Positions 33,235 through 47,169 of a stretch of 64,000 nt of DNA are shown in pieces. This stretch comes from Octopus vulgaris (lineage: Eukaryota): NCBI GenBank assembly GCA_951406725.2, contig OX597820.1:59582001-59646000 (forward strand), written 5' to 3'. A program made the translations under genes and the position numbers. Each line of letters starts with the position of its first letter. Within the stretch, counting starts at the first letter, position 1. Under the pieces are notes generated by a model. The model saw nothing but the letters and a program-made list of their open reading frames with translations. It was not told the origin of the DNA and made no database searches.

Positions 33235-34110
33235 CTTATTTACTAATGAGCTTCTTCTTATAGCTAAATCACTACCAGAACTAGAGAACAAATTGTGCGT
33301 ACGGAAGCAAGGTCTAGAATTGAAAGGTCACAGAATTAACCTACCCAACCCTAACACAAAGTCTTAGTAAGTAGGAAAACAGATAAATCGTAAAGCCCTT
33401 CAGGTACATGGCCATCCTCAATATGAAGGAAACAGGTAGGTAGATGTACTCTGTATAACACATAATAGGTGTAGCAATATCAGAGGAAGGTAAACTGGGA
33501 AAATATTTTTTGCATGTGGAAGGTGCACATGTACAGTAAACACTAAAAGTGTACAGAAAATGGGCTTCATCAAATACCAGAGGAGTACGATAAAGATTGT
33601 TGAGCAACAAAGTCAGTAGCAGAGGTGGATGAACCAAGAGTGAGGCTGCAAGAATAAAAATAGGCTGAGCAAATTCAGAGAGCTCCTTCCTCTGTTTAGT
33701 AACTAAGGGTCTCTCCTTCAGAGTGAAAGTCAAGATTTATTATACCTGTGCAGACAACTATGCTACATGGCAGAAGAAGTAGACATAAGAAGGCATTGGA
33801 CAAGGTGGTAATGCATGATCTTTGACTGTTGGAACTTATAAAGGCAATGACTAATGACTGACACCTTTCATGATATGCCGTGCCTTAGAAGACAATATAT
33901 TGTAATTAATTTCCCATCAATTAATTTTTTCACAACCCCTGCCCACAACACTCATGGAGTGCTTGATGTTAAGAAGGGCATCCAGCCATAGAAACAATGA
34001 CAAATCAAGACTGGAGTCTGCTGCAGACCCTCAGCTTACAGCCCTGATGAAACTGTCCAACCCAAGCCAGCATAGAAAATGGACATTAAATGATGATGAT
34101 GATGATGAGG
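33235..34110 (+). mobile_element. Old, degraded RTE-clade LINE 3' portion
   Basis: Aligns to the reverse complement of 48508-50050 (..IAKSLPELE.., ..KFRELLPL..TKGLS.RVK.., 3' end ggacattaaa(tga)n). Confidence 0.8.
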
Positions 34111-34993
34111 ACAATTCTTTTTGTAAAACTTTTGCATTTGATGCTGAACATTTAGTTTAAAGTTAATTTTATACATTGAATTTTCATTTCCAGTGAAATC
34201 AATTTTAATATTTCAAATTCAAAAATATTTAACAAAATATAATGAGAAACTGAAGCAAGTACTACTTCTATATTTGTAAAAACAAAAAGAAACAAATAGA
34301 GGAAAATGAGCAAAATTGTGCAAAAGTGAACTAAGAAACAGAATACTGTGTAAGGCAAGAGACAACTGTATTTTATGAGAGTACCATATTGCATAAACAC
34401 AAAAAAAAGAAACTATTGCAGAGGGAATTAAACTGAAACAGATATCAACATGACACACACAACCCATGCTAGTATGGATAAAATGATTAGATATTTCTGT
34501 CGAGAGAAAATTCAGTGACAATCTTATGCAACCAACAATAACCTCAAATTTATCAGATTATTGTAGATGAGCAACAACTCAAGAAAACCTGTCAAAATTC
34601 TATGTTCTTACAATGAATTAATTGCAAGTATTTAAGTATGTAGACAACATAATTTTATGTTTTATATGCATCAATACATGTGTAAAAATAAGTCTCATAC
34701 CTACGTTCATTTTTCCATCCTAGCATGAGTTTGAAAAATATAAGATTTAATAGTTGGGTAACGTTGTCGTAGCTAATGCTAATTTTCTACTAAAGGTTTT
34801 CTTTTTCTTTCAAAGTGCAATTGTAACAAATGATACATTTGTACACAAACATGACAAAAGTAAATAGATACCCATTAACACATTGTTATTATAACTTGAA
34901 GAGGTTTATATTTTTTTTATTAATTGACATTTATATGTTTCAGGTTCTATATGTAACTGTTTAATCATGCCATGTACAAAAGAAGCCTTTAAA

Positions 34994-35960
34994 ATGTCCA
35001 ATTTACAAAGAGGCCATATGCTGCACCTATTTCAAGGCTGACTTAGCCTAAAACCACAGAAAACATTGTGATTCTACTTTCTACAGTAAATAGAGTAATT
35101 TTTCAATTCACTAAACGGGAAAGTAGTCCATATCACCTTACCCAGGTAGACTAAGGCCCTCTGACAACACTTTGCTTTCTTAAGAGAAGTGTGTAAGATA
35201 ATCCTCATTGCAAGGCCTCCAATATAGCAGAATAAGTTGATGTCAGTCCCAGAATAGCTGTCAGTTATCTCCGCAAAATTGGCTATTATGGCAGAGCAGC
35301 AAGAAAGAAGACACTGCTTCGACCAGCCAATATCAAATGGAGAAAAGATTGGACAAGTGAAATGGTAGAGAGGTCACTAGCACTTTGGGACACAGTCAAA
35401 TCCTCTGATGAATCCAGATTTGCTGTATTTTCTGACACTGATCGAATGTGGGTCTGGAGAATCAGTCACCAATATTTTCACGTGAATATATTGCAGCCAA
35501 CAATGAAACATGTGATGGTCTAGAGAGCAGTTTGGAGCAATAGTCAATCAGAAATGGTGGAATGTGAGGGATACATAAACTCAGATAAATATGTGTCCAT
35601 ATTATAGAAAAATCTTCTTCCTATAACCTCCAGGAGTAAAATGATTAAATAACACTATTTATGGAAGATAGGGCTTTCTTGCACAACTAAAAGACCCAGG
35701 ATTGGTTGGAAGAGAATGGCATTAAAAAGCTTCCATAGCTAAGCCAATCACCAGATATGAACCCTACTGAACACATCTGAGGCATGATGGATGAGATACT
35801 TCCTAAAAAGAAAAAGAAAGCATCCTTAAAGCCAGATCTTTTGATATTACTGCAAGAAACTTGGCAAGAAAATCATGAAGAGAATATTCATCAGATCAGT
35901 AGCATGCCTGCTAGGGTCATTGCATTCAAAAATGCAAGGAGCCTGTCTACTAAATATTAG
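34994..35960 (+). pseudogene. Tc1/mariner transposase fossil
   Basis: Broken translation: GYYGRAARKK..WDTVKSSDESRF..VWR, LQPTMKH, FMEDRA, SQSPDMNPTEHI, SMPARV..STKY*, matching Tc1 WSDES/QDNA/SPDLNPIE/TKY motifs. Many stops; TIRs not resolved. Confidence 0.85.
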
Positions 35961-36539
35961 ATATTCACATTATAATAATTAATAAATAATTTAAATAAAT
36001 TTTAACAATTATAAGGATGTCTATTTAATTCTGTCATGTCTATGTAGTTTTTGAAGCAAAACACAATGGAAACATTAATATTAAGACCTTTTCAAAAATC
36101 TCTCTCAAGCTTTTCATGCACACTAAGATTTTATTGACATTCATTCAAATTCACTCATTCCAACATGAAACAATTTTTTCCATCAAAAACTTAGTGATGT
36201 TTTCACTGTCTCTAATTTGATCTAGATCCTCTAAGTGTCTCTAATGCATTCATGCCTTAATTTCAATTTGTTCCCTAGATTTTTCCTCAGGGCCAACTCA
36301 CCAAACAGAAATTAATGAGACCTAATTGCCTTTCATCTTGATCACATAAATACTCCCACATATTTGGTGCTCAAATACAGCATGCTCCACACTAGGAGAT
36401 TGACAGTTACCCAGTATATGCAAAAATCGAAAACATTTGCAGTACTAAACAAGCCATTACTATTGCATTTTCTGGCTTCATGTTTCCCAATTATATCCCA
36501 ATTTTTTTTATCTCTGAAATCACCAAGTATGAAGATTTT

Positions 36540-36800
36540 ATAAGCAGAAAGAATACTGCACAGAAGCTTTTTTCATGAAAGATAAAATATTAGTCCTTTT
36601 TTTCTCTTCAGAGGAACACATGGTTGGAGGGTAGACACTTACTAAGGTAACAAATCTCTTGTTTGACAATGGCAATCTCACTGACATCAAGGTAATCAGT
36701 AAATCCAAAGAGTTCATAATCTTAGATGCCAATATTTCACAAACATTCAATGGTCTGTACTCTCTTGCAGTAGCAAGATGACACATAGGCCCAGGCAGCA
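36540..36800 (-). mobile_element. Degraded RTE-type AP endonuclease fragment
   Basis: LMSVRLPLSNKRFVTLVSVYPPTM..EEKK resembles the RTE endonuclease segment RLMxxRLPL..TxxSxYAPT. Confidence 0.55.
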
Positions 36801-38179
36801 ATACTGTGGGACACCTTCCAAGCCAGACCTTTCACTATCCATTCCACATCCCTTCTTGACATTACTCTAAATTATTTTGATTTTTCAATGAGTATTTTGC
36901 ACTTTTTGTCAACAGTTACCTATAACATGCATCACATAATTGATATGGTGTATACACACACATGCAATAAGCTTCATATAGTTCCCATCAACCACTTTCA
37001 CTAAAAATGCATTTGTTGGTCCCTACCTATAGTCGAAGACTCTTGCCCAAAATGCCACACAGTAGAACTAGACCCTAAACCATGGCATTGGGAAACAAAC
37101 ATATTTTAAATTTGCAAACATATATGTCTTATGGAAATTGTTCAATATACACAGAGAAACAGTTGTTCAATTTACAAACAGCTATGGTTAACTAACAGAA
37201 AACTTAATTTAACAAAAAAATTATGTACTTACATATAGGTGAAGCTTCGCATGGGCTACTTGCTTGGTAAAATCTACATGTATAAAGAAAAGTCTACATG
37301 TATAAACTGTTGTGGTGAGAGTCATTGGCACCCCTATGGGATTGGAAGAATGGACTAGCAAAACTCTTATAAAAAAATTAGCATATTGGTTGAGACAAAG
37401 AGATTCATTGGGAGTTCATGGAAGTTGTTGACATTGTTCAGAGTTTATATTTATTAGAAGTATTGTGTTTAGTAGAGTAATCTGAAGTGGGTTGTGTGAA
37501 GACAGTTGTGTCTATCCCGCTTCGTGAAATTTGCATATCCAACATATAGAAGGATATAAAATAAACAAAAGTTCGCATGTAAACAAATAAGTGTAATCAT
37601 TCATTTTTTAACTCTGAAAGTAAAAGTGAAAAACTTCCTAATAGTAGCGAAAGGAAAATTTTGGCTTTAATATCAGTTCAATACTCTTTATTTGAAGTGA
37701 CAAGCAGCCAAGTATTATGCAAAAGGAAACTTTTACATGTCTCATGTTACATGCATATATATGCATGCTTGCACCCAGTTTCTGTGCACAGCAGTCGACA
37801 AGGCATGTATAACGATTAAATAAAAAAAAAATGTGTCTATATCTTCGATCACTGTCATTATTCCATTGAGTCAACCTCATTGTTTTCTACATATCAGACC
37901 GTTACATAAACAGGCAAAGGTAATCTCTCGTTTTAACTCGAAATAATGTAAACACTGAATCGGCCATACATACATACACACACACACACATACATAGATA
38001 GATAGATACATACACACACACACACACACACACATGCATACATACATATACATATACACCGAGTAAAAATTTCAGTTATCTCTCTCTGTCTCTTCACACA
38101 CACTAACAGAAGCACTTCACTTACACAACATACTTTCTGTCTCGCACACCCCATCAAACACACACACACACACACATGT

Positions 38180-38800
38180 ACATCAAAGCTTCCCATTCGC
38201 GGTAACTTCAAAAAGAAATTCCCTCCTCATACAATCGCTTTCTCTTAGTCTCTTTCGCTCTCATTACTTCAAAAGTTCCCGCAAACCCATATGTAAAAGA
38301 AAAATAAAAGTTTTTTACGGAAATCGACGGAAAGGTCTACTAGAAACGAAAGATAATCTTTCGTTTTAACCAACATCTTAATTATGAACCTCAACTCCAA
38401 ACTTTTTATACATTTTGCCACTAAATAAAATGAAAACCGAGCGGCCTTCCGTCACAACAGACTTCCTTCAGCTTTTCTCTTTACATCGTCACCAACTACT
38501 CTCACTTATTTTTCTAGATATTAACAATAACAATAATAATAATTTCTTACCTACTTCTTTCATAATTGTTAGCTGCAGGAAAAACATTCAAAGACGAAAA
38601 TTCAATAAAAAAACAGAGACCGTCGCCATTGAAAAGCATACGACAACAATCCCACAATGCTTTGCGAAAAGTCAGACACCAGTTTTTAGCCGCCATAGTT
38701 TCGTATTTGCTTGGTTCATAAATTGTAAAATAGATACATTTACAGCTTATTTTCTTCTGTTTTTTTTTTGCGGAACACGTACAAAAATACGGAGTTTATG
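38180..38800 (-). promoter_or_regulatory. Putative CpG-rich promoter / non-coding first exon, transcribed toward the telomere
   Basis: Unique CpG-retaining sequence; two ATGGCG (YY1-like) motifs on minus at ~38624 and ~38689; AG|GTAAGA donor at 38551/38550; downstream sequence is CpG-decayed. Confidence 0.4.
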
Positions 38801-38855
38801 ATTCATGTGTGAGTGTGTGTTCTTGATAATCGTTTAGAACAAGTATTCTATAAGC

Positions 38856-38859
<4 letters not shown>

Positions 38860-38911
<52 letters not shown>

Positions 38912-41370
38912 CATGTAGTAATCCATGCATAAATGTTGAAATGCATGGTACTAAAATACATATATGCAGTTATATATAACCGTGCGAGCGTACATTGTTT
39001 GATACGTATGTACATATGTGTAGATGTATATGTGTGTACACGTGTCTGTGTATGTGTGTGCCGTATGTTGTGTATATTTGTGTATAAATATGTACATGCA
39101 TGCACATTGTATTATATATGTATGCATACTCTTTACTCTTTTACTTGTTTCAATCATTTGACTGCGGCCATGCTGGAGCACCGCCTTTAGTCGAGTAAAT
39201 CGACCCCGGGACTTATTCTTTGTAAGCCCAGTACTTATTCTATTGGTCTCTTTTGCCGAACCGCTAAGTGACGGGGACGTAAACACATCAGCATCGGTTG
39301 TCAAGCAATGCTAGGGGGACAAACACAGACACACACACATACATACATATATACATATATACGACAGGATTCTTTCAGTTTCCGTCTACCAAATCCACTC
39401 ACAAGGCATTGGTCGGCCCGGGGCTATAGCAGAATACACTTGCCCAAGATGCCACGCAGTGGGACTGAACCCGGAACCATGTGGTTGGTTAGCAAGCTAC
39501 TTACCACACAGCCACTCCTGCGCATGTAAAATATATTAAAAAAAAACAATAAAATAAAACAAGTTTGAATTTTAACCATTGTCCTTGGAAAAATTGTCAT
39601 ATATATGTATAGAAAGAGCCATATACATCGATGACATAGTTTTCCGATCGGTCACGGTTGGAACGTCTCTCCGATCACCCATAATCCAACTACTGGTTCA
39701 GTAAAGACTGTAGAAGTAGGGGTTTTAAACATGATCGACAACGCGGATTTCAGCAAAAACCACGCACCATAAGGAAACAAACTAAAACCGTGTTGTTTAC
39801 AATGTTTATATGTATTTAAATGTGTAATATACTGACCTTTTCATTGTCCAAGGTGGAGGTAAGGAACTGGCCCAAGTCCACGACAGGGTGACCATTTGGA
39901 CACACGAGCGGAAGAGATAGCAACATAATAATCCTTGTAGTGAGTTTGATAATGGCTTTTAAACATTGCACTAAGAGCTGCTGCTGATGGTGGTGGTAGT
40001 AAAAGGTAAAAAGTGCGTCGTGGTGAGATGAAGTCACTCTGTACTGATGGTGGTGACGGTGTTGTGGTGTGGTGAGAGATAATGTCGTGATAGAACACTC
40101 TGTACCGATGAGGGTGGTGATGGTGACTGTTGTGGTTGTGGTGAAAGTTACTCAGAACTGATGTGGGGCTGGCGGGAGATACCGGTGTACCGATGATGGT
40201 GATAGTGGTGGGGAGAAGTTACTCTACTGATGGGGTGGTGATAGCGACTGTATAATGATGGTGGGAGTGGTGGTGAGCGGTTACAGTGTACGAATGATAG
40301 TGGTGGTGGTAGAGAGAGAGAGAGAGAGAGAGAGATAGGTAGACTGTAGTAGTAGTAGGAGGAACACAAACGCACACACTCGAACACATAGAAATAAATA
40401 CATTCACTCACACACAAACGTATGCGCACACAGTACCTGGATCTGTAAAACAGATCAAAGATAAAATACAAGAGATCGTAAGATCATTTCCAGTTTTCCA
40501 CACGCACATATCAACACTTGTCAATGAACGTAGTGCACCAAATTACCAAACTCCCAACAGGTCAGGGGTCACTTCAACGTATCCTGATTGATATTGCTAT
40601 CTGACCTATTTCCAACACAGAAATGAAAACACTCACTCACACACACGCACAAACACAGAAATGAAAACACACAGTTACACACTCACAAACGCACAAACTC
40701 GAACACATAGAAATAATTACATTCACTCACACACACGCACGGAAATGAAAATAATCACACATACTCACACACAGAAATGAAAACACAGTTACAAGCTCAC
40801 ACACCTAGCAATGAAAACACACATGTACACACTCACTCATTCACACACACACACACACACTCAGGCACAAACATTGAACCGGAAACACTCTGTCACACAG
40901 GTGCGCGCAAACACAGACACAGAAATTAAAGCACACACACACACATATTGGCTTACAAACACACTCATTTAATTTCTTCAGAATGTCAAAGTTTTAAAGT
41001 CAACATATTTAAAGCATAAATACCTACAAGTGTGCATCTTTGCATGTATCTATGTGTGTGTGTGTTCGGACGTATGTGTGTTTGTGCGTGTTTGAGCACA
41101 GTCCACACATACGCTGCCGTAACGTAACGGTTAGAATGAGTACTAGCATTCCACAGAATAAGTCCTAGAGTACGTTTTGTTTGACTAAAGACGGTGCGCG
41201 GGCATAAATATATATATATATGAATACATAATAATAATAATAATGGCCGTCCACTCGTGACCGAGGAAAACCATTGCCGACCTTCATGAACATTGTGCGC
41301 TCTAGGACTAACTTATATTTTGCATTTGCGGCTCCGTTGGTGGCTAATGAGCCCTGCTCTTGACAAGCAT
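38860..41370. repeat. Segmental duplication copy 1 (paralog of 43129-45330)
   Basis: Near-identical to 43129-45330 apart from a SINE insertion and small indels. Confidence 0.92.
39128..39523 (-). mobile_element. Full-length octopus OK/OR-type SINE
   Basis: Minus strand: gcgcaggagtggctgtgtggtaag (A-box-like)..ggttccgggttcagtccc (B-box-like)..cagtcaaatgattgaaacaagtaaaagagtaaagagt; empty site at ~43393. Confidence 0.93.
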
Positions 41371-43128
41371 TCACCATTGTTCGTGTGGATCGCACAGACC
41401 GAAATAAGGGAGGGACAGCCATCTTTATCCATGACTCCTTTTCACTTGATGCCAAAGACATATTTTCCAATGGCTATTGTGAATCTGTATCACTATTCAG
41501 CAAGGCCAAGGACATAATCATTGTTGGTCTTTACAGGCCTCCCCAAGCACCTCTAAAGTGCTTTGAAGAGTGCCTTAGTAAAGTCAAGTCCTTCATTCGG
41601 AAGTACAACTCCGGAAACATACTAGTGATGGGTGATTTTAACCTTCCTTATGTGTACTGGCCCACAAATACTCTGAAGTTAGGCAAATGCTCTACATCAG
41701 ATAGAGCAGCAGCAGAACTGCTCTTTAATCGCATGGATGAATACTTGCTGACTCAGCTAGTGCTCGAACCAACGAGACAGAATAAAACGATCTTGGATCT
41801 GGTATTGACCAATCACTCTAGCTTCGTTCACAGTATTTCAGTTGAAAAAACTATCCTCTCAGACCACGACATGATACTCTGCAATTTCAATTCCCGACAT
41901 ATAAAAACCAAACCAGCCAATACCACTCCATGGCACTCATTTGACAACATAAACTTCCACAAAGCGGACTGGGGAGCAACCAGAAAGGATCTGTCTTGCA
42001 TCGACTTGTCTTTCACTCTCAATTCCATCCATACTGAGACCGCATGGCAGCACTTTGAAAACATTGTCACCTATACATGCGCTAAACACGCTCCCATGAA
42101 ATCTACTAACACAAACAGAAACCGGCTCCCTAAAAAGAAAAAAACACTCATCAGGCGCATCAAAAGACTCAACAAACAAAATCAACCAATTAAAATATTC
42201 CCACATACAACATCCAAATTCAACAACAATGAAAAGGCTAGAGCTGGAAAAACTTCATCTACAGAACGACATGAAAACCTCCATTGAAAATCAAAGAGCT
42301 GTGGAGGAACAGTGGGTAATCAAAAACATCAAACAGAACCCAAAAGTGTTCTATTCTTATGCAAATAAGCATAGAACCACTGTCTCACCCATTGGGCCAT
42401 TGATTGATGAAAACGGCATTCCCCAACACGATGCTAAAGAAATGGCAGAAATACTGCAGAAACAATATTGCTCTGTCTGATATTGACGCAAGAGAAGCGA
42501 ACGAAGTTGACCCTCAACATAAAATCTCAGACATAACCTTCACTGCCACTGACATCACAGCAGCAATAAATGAGATCAAATACTACTCTGCTGTAGGCCC
42601 TGATAGATTCCCCGCTAGTCTCCTGAAGGAATGTAGACACCAACTTGCAGTCCCTCTGACCAACCTCTGGAGAAATTCGTTAGACGCAGGTTATATACCA
42701 AAACAGTTTCTATCCCAGCCGGTCATCCCGGTTTTCAAACAGGGAAACAGATCCCTCGCACTCAACTATCGCCCAATCTCACTCACCTCCCACATCATCA
42801 AAGTGTTTGAAAGAGTGTTAAGATCAAGGATGGCTCACTTCCTGGAGACCCAGAAACTCCTAAATGCAAATCAGCATGGCTTTCGCTGTGGCAGGGACTG
42901 TCTAACACAGCTCTTACACCACATTGAAGATGTACTCAAAGCCTTGGGAACAGGTTCGAACTCTGATGTCATATATCTTGACTTCAGTAAAGCGTTCGAC
43001 AGGGTAGACCATAATATCCTACTCTCAAAATTGGCAAATGTTGGAATCCGTGGAAAAGTTCTACACTAGATCAAGTATTTCCTGGCGAATATAACACAAC
43101 ATGTGGTAGTTGATGGAGTCCACTCAAG
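41371..43128 (+). mobile_element. CR1-group LINE family A internal fragment (APE + RT N-half), duplicate of 50946-52704
   Basis: [35 protein letters not shown]; shares frameshifts with the 51-52 kb copy. Confidence 0.93.
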
Positions 43129-45105
43129 TCTCTCTCTCTCTCTCTCTCTCATTTACATGTAGTAATCCATGCATAAATGTTGAAACGCATGGTACTAAAA
43201 TACATATATGCAGTTATATATAACCGTGCGAGCGTACATTGTTTGATATGTATGTACGTATGTGTAGATGTATATGTGTGTATACGTGTCTGGGTATGTG
43301 TGTGCCGTATGTTGTGTATATTTGTGTATAAATATGTACATGCATGCACATATGAGCATGTGTAAATATACATATGTATTATATATGTATGCATGTAAAA
43401 TATATTTTAAAAAAATAATAAAATAAAACAAGTTTGAATTTTAACCATTGTCCTTGGAAAAATTGTCATATATAGTAAAAAGAGCCATATACATCGATGA
43501 CATAGTTTTCCGATCGGTCACGGTTGGAACGTCTCTCCGATCACCCATAATCCACCTACTGGTTCAGTAAAGACTGTAGAAGTAGGGGTTTTAAACATGA
43601 TCGACAACGCGGATTTCAGCAAAAACCACGCACCATAAGGAAACAAACTAAAACCGTGTTGTTTACAATGTTTATATGTATTTAAATGTGTAATATACTG
43701 ACCTTTTCATTGTCCAAGGTGGAGGTAAGGGACTGGCCTAAGGCTTCATTCAGTGTGGGGGTGATCGTAAGTCCACGACAGGGTGACCATTTGGACACAC
43801 GAGCGGAAGAGATAGCAACATAATAATCCTTGTAGTGAGTTTGATAATGGCTTTTAAACATTGCACTAAGAGCTGCTGCTGATGGTGGTGGTAGTAAAAG
43901 GTAAAAAGTGCGTCGTGGTGAGATGAAGTCACTCTGTACTGATGGTGGTGACGGTGTTGTGGTGTGGTGAGAGATAATGTCGTGATAGAACACTCTGTAC
44001 CGATGAGGGTGGTGATGGTGACTGTTGTGGTTGTGGTGAAAGTTACTCAGAACTGATGTGGGGCTGGCGGGAGATACCGGTGTACCGATGATGGTGATAG
44101 TGGTGGGGAGAAGTTACTCTACTGATGGGGTGGTGATAGCGACTGTATAATGATGGTGGGAGTGGTGGTGAGCGGTTACAGTGTACGAATGATAGTGGTG
44201 GTGGTAGAGAGAGAGAGAGAGAGAGAGAGATAGGTAGACTGTAGTAGTAGTAGGAGGAACACAAACGCACACACTCGAACACATAGAAATAAATACATTC
44301 ACTCACACACAAACGTATGCGCACACAGTACCTGGATCTGTAAAACAGATCAAAGATAAAATACAAGAGATCGTAAGATCATTTCCAGTTTTCCACACGC
44401 ACATATCAACACTTGTCAATGAACGTAGTGCACCAAATTACCAAACTCCCAACAGGTCAGGGGTCACTTCAACGTATCCTGATTGATATTGCTATCTGAC
44501 CTATTTCCAACACAGAAATGAAAACACTCACTCACACACACGCACAAACACAGAAATGAAAACACACAGTTACACACTCACAAACGCACAAACTCGAACA
44601 CATAGAAATAATTACATTCACTCACACACACGCACGGAAATGAAAATAATCACACATACTCACACACAGAAATGAAAACACAGTTACAAACTCACACACC
44701 TAGCAATGAAAACACACATGTACACACTCACTCATTCACACACACACACACACACTCAGGCACAAACATTGAACCGGAAACACTCTGTCACACAGGTGCG
44801 CGCAAACACAGACACAGAAATTAAAGCACACACACACACATATTGGCTTACAAACACACTCATTTAATTTCTTCAGAATGTCAAAGTTTTAAAGTCAACA
44901 TATTTAAAGCATAAATACCTACAAGTGTGCATCTTTGCATGTATCTATGTGTGTGTGTGTTCGGACGTATGTGTGTTTGTGCGTGTTTGAGCACAGTCCA
45001 CACATACGCTGCCGTAACGTAACGGTTAGAATGAGTACTAGCATTCCAAAGAATAAGTCCTAGAGTACGTTTTGTTTGACTAAAGACGGTGCGCGGGCAT
45101 ACATA

Positions 45106-45170
<65 letters not shown>

Positions 45171-45330
45171 GTGTGTGTGTGTGTGTGTGAATACATAATA
45201 ATAATGGCCTCCACTCATGACCGAGGAAGACCATTGCCGACCTTCAGGAACATTGTGCGCTCTAGGACTAACTTATATTTTGCATTTGCGGCTCCGTTGG
45301 TGGCTAATGAGCCCTGCTCTTGACAAGCAT
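43129..45330. repeat. Segmental duplication copy 2
   Basis: Matches 38860-41370; includes a GGT/GAT-rich tract, CA-rich tract, SINE tail and RTE 3' tip. Confidence 0.92.
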
Positions 45331-46990
45331 ACACGACTGCAAACATTGCAGACCAAGCTTTCCCCATTCACTATACGAGCCGTGTGCTTTCGCGCAGCTC
45401 GCTTAAGTTCTTCATGCTGGATACGTGCTCTCTCAAAAGTGTCCTCCATCTGTGGCGATGACAGGTATTGCTCTCCCAGTCAGTGTCCTGCATATCACAG
45501 GCCTTTAATGAGGACTTGACACAGTCCTTAAATCGCAGCCTTGGTTTCTGCCGGACTCTCCTTCCATTCACAAGTTCTCCATAGAGCATCTGCTTAGGAA
45601 TCCTTCTATCCTTCATTCGAATAAGGTGTCCAGTCCAACGCAACCGGTGCTTGTGCACCACCGCTTCAATACTCAAGATATCAGCTGTCCTCAGGATCTG
45701 TGTGTCGGGAGTTTTTGAAGTCCAGCCAACATTGAGAATGTGTCTGAGACATCTCTGATGAAAACGTTCAAGGACCCTTACCTGACGTTTGTACAGAGTC
45801 CATATCTCACATGAGTAGAGAAGCGATGTCAGTACATAAGTACGGTACACAGCAACTTTTGTTCTCCTTGCGATGCCATGTTGGTACCAGACACGAGACT
45901 GAAGAGACTGGAAGGAATTAGTTGCTCTCTGCAACCTGAAAGATAGTTCCTCATCCAAGGAGCAAGAACGGCTGAGTGTGCTGCCCAGATAGACAAACTT
46001 GTCTACTACCTTCAGAATTGTTCCTTCAACGAAGATAGCTGGTTCTATATATGGATTTCCGGGTGCAGGCTGGAACATTACAACAGTCTTGTCCAGGCCA
46101 ATGCTGAGTCCAAATGCTCTGCAAGAAGCAGAAATGCAATTCATGATTATTTGCATGTCATCTACTGTATGAGTGACTAAGTCACAGTCATCTACATAAA
46201 GGAGGTCACGAATAATAGTCTGGAAAACCTTTGAATTGGCAGCAAATTGGCGAAGATTAAAGAGGCGGCCAGAAGATAGATATCTGATATATATTCCCAG
46301 AGAGCTAACCTTAGCAAAAGCATGAGTAAAAGTAGCAGCAAAGTACAAAGAAAAGAGAGTTGGGGCAAGGATGTCACCCTGCTTGACACCATTCTCTACA
46401 GGAATGGGTCCCACCATGGCACCACCAACATTGACCTAAGCCTCCATTCCATCATGAAATGATTTAATTATAGATACAAAGTGATCCGGACATCCAAGTT
46501 TGCCAAGTATTTTCCATAGAAAGGCCCTATTTACGGTATCTAAGGCCTTAGCTAAATCAATGAATACCTGGACAAGATCCATATTCTGCTCATAGCACTT
46601 CTCATGCATCTGTCTTGCTGTGAAAATCATATCCATTGTCCCTCTACCAGATCGGAAGCCACATTGAGATTCAGATAGGACATCATTTACGAGACACCCA
46701 TTCAGACGGGCAAGAAGAATATTTACCAGAACCTTACCAGCAGCTGATAGTAGAGCAATACCTCTGTAGTTACCACACATTGTTCTGGCTCCTTTTCCTT
46801 TATATAGAAGAAGAATAATTGCATCCTTCCAGTCTTTATGGATTGCACCATCCCTCCAGACTGCACTAATAAGTTCATGAAGGGACTGCGTGATGCAATT
46901 ACCACCAAATCGCAAGACCTCAGCACAAATTCCATCCTTTCTAGGTGCCCTACCAAGATTCAATTTAATTATTGATGTCATTACTTCATC
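45192..46990 (-). mobile_element. RTE (BovB-like) LINE, 5'-truncated, RT plus C-terminal C2H2 motif
   Basis: [43 protein letters not shown]; C-terminus CNVCSRVCLSRAGLISHQR; TAA/ATT-type tail at ~45195. Confidence 0.92.
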
Positions 46991-47043
46991 TATATACATA
47001 TATATACAAGTATATATATATGCAAACATACACATATCAATAT

Positions 47044-47097
<54 letters not shown>

Positions 47098-47169
47098 ATA
47101 TACATACATAGATATATACATATATATATTTATATATATTTACATACATATATACGTGCATTTACCCAC

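Noticed and set aside
33341-33733. 130-aa minus-strand ORF as a cellular gene
   Set aside because: Antisense to a degraded RTE copy that aligns with 49500-50050.
39440-39523. tRNA gene
   Set aside because: tRNA-derived SINE head with A/B-box-like motifs, continuous with the SINE body; no complete cloverleaf evident.
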